Part shown: in pieces, positions 41,190-52,000 of the stretch
Layout of the letters: each line of letters opens with the position of its first letter
Numbering within the stretch: the first letter of the stretch is position 1
Source: Styela clava
Taxonomy: Eukaryota
DNA length: 64,000 nucleotides
NCBI RefSeq assembly: GCF_964204865.1
Contig: NC_135259.1
Location: 16,244,001-16,308,000 of the forward strand
Direction of reading: 5' to 3'
Made by a program: the position numbers and the translations under genes
The notes under the pieces: model-generated
Database searches by the model: none
Told to the model about the DNA's origin: nothing
The model's input: the letters and a program-made list of their open reading frames with translations, nothing else

Positions 41190-42175
41190 CATTCGGAAGG
41201 TTCGTTTCGCTTTGTATTTACAAACAGCTTTAAACTCTAGCGTTTATAGTCAGTGCACCTAGGCCTGACTGTGTTGTAGTCGTAGAAAGAAGCCTAGGCC
41301 ACGGTAACACATTAGACAGAAAATGCCAAACCGAAGTATACCGATACCTCCATATAGTATTTACATGTTGCTTGTGTTAATTCTTGTTCAGAGTGAATTT
41401 GTGGAACATTTTAAATTGATTGTATAACTGAAATTTTTATTTTGACCTGCCTTCTGATGTTATTTTAAAACCAGCTACCAAATTTAAATTTTTTTGCAAA
41501 TCTTTCAATAAATTTTATTGTTTTGTTGGTTGCAAAAACATGTTTAGCTTGAATCTTGAATGAAGGTTCGTCACATGACAGAGGTGTACAAAGACGCAAT
41601 AATTATAAGCAGCATATGACCGATTATGATCGTCGTCATGTCACATGAAAGCTGTTAAAGGCATACGTACAAATACCGGAACTACGTTAACCCTTTGACA
41701 ATGAGAATTCTTCAGGACTTTCTTTTCACGCGCATATCGGATTTCGCTGAATAGGCTCAAATGTCGTCCTTCCAGTTTGTGGAAAAAAAAAACAAGAATA
41801 GTCTGAGCCATAAATATTTACTTGTTTTTAATTTAATGGGTTTTGCGTTTTTGCTTCTCCCCGGGGCGCTTGCTATTTCTGTGAAGTGTTGTTGCGGTCC
41901 TGTGACCATAAAATGTCACCAAATTTAATTTTCACAAAATCATTTATTTTTATACCATGACATTTCATATGTAATAGAGTTAAATGAGTACATTATCAAG
42001 TTTAACATTGCATTTAAAGGTTACTTACAAAGTTTAGCAGAATTGAAAAAAAAAACACCAGCCCATTTCAGTAAACTTTGAAAAATGCAAAATAAAAGTT
42101 TTCAACTAATAGTATTATAATATATCGAACAAATTGTACATTAAATCACATAAAGCAAACACGGGTGAACGTTTA

Positions 42176-43683
42176 TTAGATTTTTCTTTCACAAACGACA
42201 GACATCTTTCCATGGCATTCTCCATCGTCCCATTTTTCAGTGTCCCTGTTCATGTATGCACAGTCTTGTTCTCCCCAATTGTCTGGTTGTCCTTCTTGCC
42301 AATATTTTTGATCACTGTGACTCAGCTTTCCACCATTTGTCCACATCCACGTGCCTTCAACGCCTCTGTCGGAGAGAGGAAGCCAAAAAGCCCATTCTTT
42401 CTGATTCTTCAGATAGGAACGGAAAAAGCTGTAAATACATAAAATATTTCATGTTATACTGGCTGAATATGTAGCACTACTATTAAAATGTTGCCTTATA
42501 ATTCATTCAAGATAAAAGGCAATATGTCAATGAGGTATTTTAGCGGGAAAATACTATGGAAATGACAGAAGACTTACTTGAACATTTCTTCGTTTTTGAA
42601 AGCTTGTCTGGGAAGAGTGGCGCTTTCACCTCTGCAAAGTTTTGCTGCAGTTTCCCAATCGGTCAGAGCATCGATTGCCATATACTGGTAGCCACCCGGT
42701 GCCGTTACCCATCCTGGTTCTTTACACCCTGAATATATAAAAAAAATCTGATTTTAAACTTGTGTTACCCATGTAGTAAACACGAAGAAATATTCAATAT
42801 TTTAGACGTTTTGGTACCAATTAATTTAATATAATCTGATCATGTTTGACGAATCTCATAGTAAACCATGCTTTCCAAAAACAAAGAATTAGGTTAATTT
42901 AAAATTTGTCCGGTAAAATTGTGACAAATTACTAAGCTATTCGAGAAACTATTATTAATAAACTTTGTCTTACTTGCCGAAGCTGTTCTGTCGCCTGAAA
43001 AATAAATATTTAAAAAAATATTATTTAAGAATGATTAATGATAGCCATGAAAGAATCTCACATTTAATTGAGTTAATTAACAAAATTATAGAAAACGAAT
43101 AGAATGCTACAAACATCCAAAATAAAAATACGTTCACGAATATTGTGTTAATATGCAGTACCGGTAGTGGCATTCAGCCATTATATGGCTGTATTCTAAA
43201 TACAGTCGAATGCAAAAGTTTCTCAAAATTTCGGAAATTTGAAGTCTATTTTAATTTTATTTAATGACACAAATACATAGGGGTTTACCTGTAGATTTAA
43301 ATGGCCCATCTATCGTTGGAATGACCTAAATATGCAAAAATAAAAGATCAGGAAAAATAATACGAATCTAATGTCAACGAGAACAGTTATTCTATCTGTC
43401 AAAGATCCCAAATATATATATATATATGGGAAACTATTAAATTTTAGAAATCACTGATGTATATGGATATTAATTTATCTCGCCAAGAAATATTTTAAAA
43501 TCGCTTTTTAAAGAAGTCATATAGTCATCTTACCTCGACGATATAATCGCTTGCTTGTGGAATCTGTTTAAAAACTACTCTTGTTTTCCCGCCATCTGTG
43601 CATGCTGCGCCAACTCTGCAAACTTCTGATCTCACGAAAGCAATTGTCGCAAAAACACAAATGGACACAAGTAAAAACTTCAT
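42176..43683 (-). CDS. Secreted C-type lectin (QPD), paralog 3, 5 exons; not in the ORF track
   Basis: Exons 43683-43534, 43325-43289, 42994-42974, 42728-42578, 42428-42176. MKFLLVSICVFATIAFVRS, CRVGAAC, CTLD CKEPGW...FWLPLSD...WQEGQPDNWGEQDCAY...WDDGEC...VCERKI. Confidence 0.88.
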
Positions 43684-44944
43684 CCTGATTAACAATTACG
43701 CAAAGCGAATGTATCAATATGAACAATACGAACGAATTCTGTAGACTGCGGGCATTTTTTCTAACTCAAGTCTCGCGTGTTGCTTTTAACAAAAGAAAAA
43801 AGGCATCATATTAGTTGTTATGATATGATTACAATACTTCGTAGATCGCGTATACACCAAGCGGACGAAGACGCGCGAACGAAATTAACAAGTTTACATT
43901 AATACCCAGCACGATTGGCACTGAATAGTTTATTCAATAGTTTTCATTTTACTCACTTTATTGCGGAAGCCAATTTACCTTTTAAAATTTACTATAGCGG
44001 GGTTCGATTGTTACCAAGTAGTGTGTGGAGACTGTGCGGGAGATAGTGGGTGAAATTTAGACATTGGATTCCCCAACAACGAGTATTTGAAGTTGCTCAG
44101 ATATAATCATTTGTTTTTGTTTTCTGAGTGAATACGCAAATTCGCGCAATCTTGCCTCAAACCAGGGGCGCACAGCCTGTCGAAGATGAAATGAGCAGAC
44201 GTGCTGGAGTGTGTCGGATATCACCAAAAGTATATATATATTGAGTTTATAAGGGATGTTATGTTCGAAGCGTCGAAAGTTGTGTCGGCGCTTGGTTGTT
44301 ACGGGTAACCGAAGCTGTAGTTATATTTTTTAATTACGAATGGAAAATTGATTACTGGTATCATAAACCATAATGTTGTGTAAACATTTCTCCATTTTTC
44401 TAAAAAGGAAAAGAATATCGCCAGAAGAGAAAAGGTTCTTTATGACGGGAAATGGACTTGTTTATACTACACTTACGTACGCTTTTCGCTCCGAGAACAC
44501 CACTGATTTTTAACGATATGTAAAGAAGCTACTATTATTTGGAAGACCCGGAATCTTGCAAGTTCGGCATTGCATATCAAATTTATTGCATTCTTATTTT
44601 TCGAAGGAAATATCGTTTTGAATATACCGAAATGCCCAGTAGGCTATTGTCGATTTGTTTAGTAATTTACCGGAGAAATGTAACATTGAGGTATCAAAGA
44701 CAAGCTGACTTGCCATACCGATACCGATGTACGCAATGACGACTCTGCGGAATTTTTATTCAACGCGAAAACATCATAGAGTCGTATATGCAGTAGAACA
44801 AGGGTGGTCAACCCGCGGCTCTTGCTCCGGCTTTATGACGCTATTTTTGCACGTGGAAGAACCGCTTCGATTAGCTACAACGACATACAAGCCAAATTTA
44901 AAGGGGGTTTTTCAATCCAAGGAATGATAGAATCTCACTAAGTA

Positions 44945-45602
44945 TAGGCATACCATACGTCCCGCTTTAGACGGGACAATCCCCCTTTTTAGCGTCTTGT
45001 CCCGCCGTCCCGACAAGTCAGCCAAAAGTCCCGCTTTTGCGTTCAGCCATCCAGCATGATACACGAACATGTTCTCGTTACTGTGTAGCGCAACGCTAGC
45101 GTACTTACTGAAGGTGAATGTGTTATTTTGTTTGTTTCGTTGTTTCCCGCTAACATTGTTAGCGAACGTATTACATGTAAAATTAAGTTTAATTAGTCCT
45201 GTTCGGACGTTCACGTGAATGTAACATTGAACAACGTTTTTTTAAAGATGTCATCTACAGAAAAGCATGCTTGGGTGAATAAGTAAACTCTTTATCCTCG
45301 AAAACGGCAGTCTATTTTATTATTCTTTATTCCTTCTGCTGTACATAAAAAAATCTAAATTCGGATCATTTGTATCGTTAGCGGGTATTTCTATTTTTCG
45401 ATCGCTAGCGGGTATTTTCTATCTTTCTATTTTTCAAAATGAACCCGATATTTAGACAGAGAATATGCGCATGACCTCTCGATGACGATATAGTCAATGA
45501 AGACAATCGGGATGGCTTAAATGTAGGCCTATGTAGTAAAATCGAAAACCGTAAAGTTACAGGAGGCGTCCCGCTTTGGAGTCAAAAAATATGGTAACCT
45601 TA
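44945..45602. mobile_element. hAT (TAGG-type TIR) non-autonomous element
   Basis: TAGGCATACCATA / TATGGTAACCTTA ends, subterminal GTCCCG repeats, TSD ACTAAGTA / ACTAAGTT. Confidence 0.75.
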
Positions 45603-45793
45603 ACTAAGTTGCATGTATGAAAATAAGTGGCTTGCTAATTTCTCTCGTAATCATTTTGGTTAGTGACATTGACAATTACTAGCACTAACACAGAGCTGAA
45701 AAAAGGTATATCTGATGTAGGGATGTGTGTTCTTGTTTATGATATGGCTCTTCGTGGGAATAAAGTACGAAATGTGGCTCTTGGTCTCTAACC

Positions 45794-46284
45794 CAGGGTT
45801 TCCCAAACTGGGGTCCGCGGATCCGGATCTGGGGTCCGCAACGACATGGAAAAGTCTGATCGAAATTGAATGATTGATTTCAATTAAAGAGAAATTGCAT
45901 ATTTTTGGTTGGGCGTTGCCGACAAATATTCATTGCTCTCAGAAAAGGCAATTAAAATCTTTTTGCAACGACCTACATTCGTGATGCAGCATTTTCACTC
46001 GTATAAATATGATGATAAAATACAGGTCGACTCTTGCTGTCCGATCTATAGGTTTGCTTCAACGACTAACATACCGGTTCGCATGTCACAAATTGCCCCG
46101 AGAATCGAAAAATTGTGTAGTGAAAAGCAACCTAATTCATCACATCAATGCCGTTTGTGTTGTAAATGAAACATTCTCTTTGCTCGTTGGTTAGGCACTG
46201 AAATTGATACGGCAAAGCGTGGGGGTCCGTTAAAATTAGGATTCTCAAATAGGGGTCCGCGGCCAAAAAGTTTGGGAAACTCTG
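45794..46284 (+). mobile_element. Buster/Charlie-type hAT deletion derivative with transposase C-terminal remnant
   Basis: TIR CAGGGTTTCCCAAACT / AGTTTGGGAAACTCTG, TSD CTCTAACC / CTCTAACG. Decayed KYSLLSEKAIKIFL...KYRSTL...RMSQIAPRIEKLCSEKQ...SH. Confidence 0.85.
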
Positions 46285-46448
46285 CTCTAACGGTATGTTA
46301 GTCGTTGGCTCTAACTAACCGATAGACAGAGCTCAATTTTACTCACCAGTCAGCTAGTTCCCGCAGTTTGTTTAACATTTGTGTGCAACATTGTACCAAA
46401 CATGGAACATGCACATTATAGTCTGGTTACATAACGTATATGCAGCAA

Positions 46449-47151
46449 GGTGATCGTACATTTGAACCCACGTACATTTGAACCCATGCGTATATCAACG
46501 GGTTTAAGCTATATGCGGGTGCTAAAACCCATGGGTTAGGGTTAGTATGGGTTTAGGGTTAGTATGGGTTCGCCATATGGATAAGCCGTCTTATCGGCTT
46601 TCCTCTCCCCCGGGATAAATCAATCAATCAATCAATTTTATTCGGTCACTCTGATACAAACAAAACACAAAACAACAACAAAGGGACAAACAAAATACAG
46701 AGGACCTGGAGGACGGGCATAACTTAATAAAAAAGTTAAATACGTACAAGTACGTGCCCGTCCCCCAAAAACAGAATAAAACAAAAACACGATGTAACAT
46801 CGGGCAACAACTTATAAATTCAAATTAAAATGTGAGACGTGTATGTGCTTTTCCTATACAGATATATGGATTAAAACACTCGCTGACGAAAAATGGTGAT
46901 GTTGTGGGCCTACTTCAATTATATTGCAAAAATAACACAGTGACAAATTTTTTTTTACTAAAAAACAAGCTTGGTAAATGGATTGGATGTTCCATAGCAG
47001 TCTATGCACAAATCATGGATTGGGGTGTTGGTAAATCCTATCCAATCCTATCCTAACTATCCGTGAAACAAAAAAAGTTCCATAGGTGCAATAGCATACA
47101 GGTGCAATTGTCATGGGTTCAAATGTACGTGGGTTCAAATGTAATGGAACC
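46449..47151. mobile_element. TIR element with 9-bp TSD, carrying nested SINE and retroposon-tail fragments
   Basis: GGTGATCGTACATTTGAACCCACGTACATTTGAACCCATG / CATGGGTTCAAATGTACGTGGGTTCAAATGTAATGGAACC with a perfect TSD ATGCAGCAA (46440-46448, 47152-47160). Confidence 0.85.
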
Positions 47152-47712
47152 ATGCAGCAACTGTCAAAAGAACTCTGCAATAGTAATGACTTGAACTATA
47201 TGTGGTAATTTGTATTCCACATTTTGGTATTCTCAACTTACCGGTACCGGTATCTGTTTACTGGCAACTGTACCGATACCGTAATTGATATGCTGAGTCA
47301 TTCCGACTTGCTATTATTTGCGTAATGTTTTGTTGGTGCTTTATGATTTCATTGTGTAGGCCTACTGGTACCGGTACCTTACCTGAACAATCAGATACTG
47401 AGATATGAGGGTGTACTGAAACTGAGATACATATTGATTTAAAAAAAATATTTAACCAATTATTGTGTTTGCTACTGATTTATTTAAAAAATAATTCACA
47501 AAAGATGAGATAAGGTTTGGCCTACATAAATTGAATTACAGTCTTATTTTTAACCAAGCTAGGATGCATGCATTTTTATGCACTACAACTTTAATATATT
47601 TTTATCATGCTCAATTATCCACACTCTATTTTTTTAGTATCTCAATAAATAAGCTCACATAAATATAATTAGTCATTTTATAAGAGTGCGTCGTAGCATT
47701 CATACCTGCATA

Positions 47713-48375
47713 ATGACAGCTCCAAGTGTCGAAATAAGTGTTGTTTCGGACATTATGTGACCCTGGTGCTGGGTCGGTAAGAAGAAACTAGAACGTGCCA
47801 TGGATATGACCAAAGATAATTACAACTTCAAGGTTACTTGGCAACCCTTTTTTCTTCGACCCAATATGCCCCTGGAGGGTGTTCCCAAGCCATCAGATTA
47901 TGGCCCAAACACACCCGGATCCCAAAGGTTGATAAATATTGGAAGACAGGTTGGCATTGATTTCAGTTACAAATCAGATCGGTTTCCCAACACTTTGCTG
48001 AGTCATTGTGCTTTAGAATATGCTCTCGAACAGGATCCTTCAGGAAAAATTCAAAATGAATTGCAAGAAAAGTTATTCAAGGCCTACTTTACCGATGGAA
48101 ATTATCTCAATTCTGATCTGGTATCTTCACTTGCTGGGGAATGTGGATTGTCTGTGAGCGATGTTAAATCGTTTATTGCAGACACTAAAAACCAAGAAAA
48201 GACACGACAGAAGGCATTGAAAAACTCAGCAGAAGGTGTTACAGGAGTCCCATTCTTTGTTATAAATGGTCAAGGAATGATTTCTGGAGCACAAGAACCT
48301 GAAACACTTGCCAGAGCTTTTGAAATAGCGAATAACAAATTTCCTATTCAACGAACTTCAGCATCTTCTTCCTGA
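47713..48375 (+). CDS. DsbA/FrnE-family thioredoxin-fold oxidoreductase, predicted selenoprotein (UxxC), 220 aa, intronless
   Basis: ATG 47713 gives MTAPSVEISVVSDIM-[TGA 47758-47760]-PWCWVGKKKLERAM, in frame with ORF 47800-48375. FrnE-type motifs SD..CPWC..GK..L, W.PF.L.P, LF.AYF.DG, GVTGVPFFVIN, ISGAQ. SECIS hairpins lie downstream. Confidence 0.9.
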
Positions 48376-48647
48376 AACCCAAACTCTGCTTGCTGCCAAC
48401 TGCCAAAATGATAGTTTTATTCGAGTTATAGAAACTAGTTACATGTTAAAAGTAAAAAAATGGTATATTTTGTTCTCAGGAATTTGTATTTTACAGTAAT
48501 ACATTCAGTCAAATATTTGCTATGAATATAACCATTATAAATACATACAGTTTGTAACTATTACGGTAATTTCAGAAATATATTTTGCATCACACAACAT
48601 TGTTTTTACACCGTGACTAGAGTTTCTGCATGTTTATATTTATCGTA

Positions 48648-48724
48648 GTTGTTTAAAGCCTTATGACATCTGATGACGATTTTCTCTAAAGTCATCAAAT
48701 TGACTACATTTGTTTTATATCAAC
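48648..48724 (+). promoter_or_regulatory. SECIS-like element 1 (non-canonical apical loop)
   Basis: Helix I GTTG..TAAAGC / GTTTTA..CAAC. Core ATGAC (48663) / TGAC (48701). Helix II ATCTGATGAC / GTCATCAAAT (9 of 10 pairs). Loop GATTTTCTCTAAA. Confidence 0.6.
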
Positions 48725-48836
48725 AGTAAATGATACATGTAGGAAGATTTTTATAAATTTTTTTGGTTAGTTCATTTATGCAAAGCAATAATTTTTTAAG
48801 ATATCAAACAAATATCATTTGTATGTTTATGGAGGG

Positions 48837-48911
48837 TTGTTGAAAACTTTATGATGTTTTGATGAGAAAATTTTCAAACTCATCAAGATTGATTTAGCCG
48901 TTTTCTTACAA
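48837..48911 (+). promoter_or_regulatory. SECIS element 2 (canonical form-1 type)
   Basis: Helix I TTGT.GAAAAC / GTTTTC..ACAA. Core ATGAT (48851) / TGAT (48890). 11-bp helix II GTTTTGATGAG / CTCATCAAGAT. Apical loop starts with unpaired AAAA (48867-48870). Confidence 0.85.
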
Positions 48912-49079
48912 TTCAAAATACTTCATGAAAATGATATTTGAAATCATATATATTCAAAAGTTGTTTCTAATTTAGATATTATAGTAATATGTAGTATGGC
49001 TTTACATATCGAGAACTTTTCTACAAATGGTGTAACATAGTCGATTGTATTGCGCAATCTTTTCCACAACTGTTTCACA

Positions 49080-52000
49080 ATGTCTATGCAAAAATTGAGC
49101 GCAACTAAAAGAAAACAAAAACTTGCCGAAATATATCAAGCATTGAATAGTGATCCTGTTGACATACCAGCTCTCCGAAAACATGCTATTTCACCAGGTG
49201 GATTAATTCAAGATGAGGTAGGTATAAATAATTTTTTCAATTGTTTTATATGTTGTTGTTGCTCATTTCGAACAGTTTTGATATTTTGAGGCTTTTAGGT
49301 ATTTTTCAGTATTACTAATATTGAAGCAATATCTCTAGTCCTGAGTTTTTTACCTGTTTAGGAATGACACAATTGAATTATATTCTGGAAAATATTTTGA
49401 ATGCTATCTTCACATTTTAACGAGTCCATACTTATACTAACATCTTCAATAAGGCAAACAAAGAATATTAATTTCAAAATTTAATCTTATTAACATGCTT
49501 TCCCTACTAGGTTGATTTTAACATTTTCTATTCAAATGCTTCTCTAGGAGATGCTATTTGCAACATTGTATCTCTGTGTTTTTTTTTCATTAGGTTCGGA
49601 GAAAAGCTTGGCCTAAACTTCTGAATGTCAATGTATTTGATGCCGTTATAAAGCCAGGTACTTTATCTTGGGTCTCATGTAGTTTTGTACCTAACGTACT
49701 TCTAGTGGGCGTAGCCTAACAATTTTTTCATGTGTCAATCCTAACCCCCACCTGACTACGCTATCCAAAAATTGCGTCACCACGACGTCACAGTGACGTA
49801 ATAGAGTCCTCCAAACTATACAAACTGTCATACAAAACGCGCAGACGAGAACCCTAAAACGAACAGCTATTTCTCTCGTTTTCTCGTCGCAACGATCCCG
49901 ATAGGAGAAAGATCTCTGACGTTAGTCCGTTCTTTATCGTCGGCGCCAATGCCAGTTCAGGCAATCGTACATGTATTTGGCAAGCTCTATGACGTGATTG
50001 TGACATCGTATTGACATAATTTTTGGATGGCGTAGTCAGGTGGGGGTTAAGATTGACATGCCAAAAAATTGCTATGCTACTCCCACTAGTACGTCAGGTA
50101 CGAAACTCATAAGATCCCTTTATCTTATTTTTGTATTGTAATAATGTATGAGTTTATATACCAAAACAAGAATGCCTTACACTGTACCAAAGTGGAGTTT
50201 CCAGATAATTATCGTAGATTATATAGTAATAAAACTGTGATGTCTATGCTAAAACTAACCAAGGTAGCTTTGAGATCATCTTCATAATTTTAGATTGTTC
50301 AACTCCCCATAGAGTATACCAGTGGTTCACAACCGTTCATAGTCCGTGGCGCCCTCCCGGGATCTTACAGATTAGATCAACATGCTACAACAATGTGAAA
50401 ACAAAACACATCCTGTGAAATACCCTCATCGAGTAATGAAACTAGGAAAAACGTTGCTTTTTTGTAAAGGGAAAAGTAAAATCAGTTTTGCATCTAACGT
50501 GGTGACCCCCCTCCAACTGCTCTGTGGCACACTTGGTGGGCCACGGCCCCCGATTGGGAACCGCTGTAGTAGACCCTAGTTAGTTCACTTGAATTCATTA
50601 GACTTTAGGCAAAGATATCTTTTATTGTGTAGAATCTTGGCACAGTTAGCAGATCAGTTTCAGAACTTTCAACCTGATTTCTTTACTTTCATATGCCATT
50701 AATTTTCTTCTAATTTCAAAGGGGATCTACATTTGCATAAAGATTACCAGCAAGTTTTGTTGGATGTCAATCGGTCAGCTAGAAGATTTCCAAAATGTGA
50801 GTTTACCTCTTCAAACTTTAACCATGTTGCCATTACATGGAAAATTTTTCAGTGTCATTAATTTTAATCATTACGTTGTTCATTGAGTATATTGTCTGCA
50901 TAGATTGTTATGTTCAAGTGCCCTATTTCACAGCATTGAGCCAAAGAAAACAAATAAAATGCCTTGTACGCGCGACGCTAGTTTGTCCCATCGGGCTAAG
51001 CCTCGGGAACCTGCATGTCATCTCAATTCATAAGTTTGAATCCTGTGGGGAAACTGCTAGTTGGACGAGATGCGGCCTTTTGCCATATGATTTTTCACTT
51101 TGGAGATAAATATGAAAAGTTCAAATAATTCAGGGATGGCTAAAACTGAATAATTTAGTATTTTGAATACATTTTAAAATAAATATTTTGTATTTGAAAT
51201 ATCAAATGTGTTCTGAAATGCGTCTGTTCCACAAGATAATTCCTCAAGACAATTGTAAATTTGTAGAAATGAAATTTGTTGAGGATAATTGAGATAAACA
51301 TTGTTTTAATTAGTATACTCTTTTCATTTTTTCAGAAGTTACTAATTTTTTGTTTATCATAAGATGATGAATGCTTGAAAAGACATTTCTTGAGGTTTAG
51401 AGTTATGCTAATCTATGCCAGAATCAGAATGAGAGTTGAAATATTAATACTGTACGAACAAAATTTAGAATGCAATTCTTTTTCAGCAATGCCTGCCGAT
51501 CAGAGAGAAATTTTACAAAACCAAATGTTGGATGTTATTGTGTGGGTTTTGACAGAACATTCTGAATTACATTACTATCAGGTAAGTAATTGTATTTTAT
51601 TTGCCACAAGAAAGTTGCAAGCCTCATTTTTTGGTCTGGTGTTAAATATAAGTTAGACAAGTTTTTCTACAATTCTTTAAAAAACGACAGAATTTTTTTT
51701 ATTTCCTAATGCAACAGGAAATTTGCGACACTTGCTGCTTGTGTTTATATGGAGCAAATGTGTACATCACATAAAAAATTGCTCTGATCGCCTTTTTACT
51801 GTGTAGTAGACCTTTGCTGAATATAATGTTATTGTACTTTGGGGACTCCCGAAGTATGCGAACCAAGATGGCGGACATCGGAATGTTATATGTGTACTAG
51901 GTTAGGGTTAGGCCATAATTTTAGGTATAAATACTACGGGAGGCTCTTGGCTAGTCTTCGAACTGATAATAGGACTAAAATAAGGAAAATTGGAACAAAA

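Noticed and set aside
46532-46570. Interstitial telomere or chromosome fusion scar
   Set aside because: Only a few degenerate TTAGGG units, all inside transposon arms.
47758-47760. TGA as a nonsense mutation (pseudogene), or ATG 47800 as the true start
   Set aside because: The stop sits exactly at the catalytic Cys position, the flanking frame is intact and SECIS hairpins follow. Starting at 47800 would delete the active site.
47713-48375. Bacterial contamination or recent horizontal transfer of an frnE-like gene
   Set aside because: The gene is embedded among spliced eukaryotic genes and host repeats, with host-like composition and a eukaryotic-type 3' UTR SECIS. Ancient origin cannot be judged without a phylogeny.
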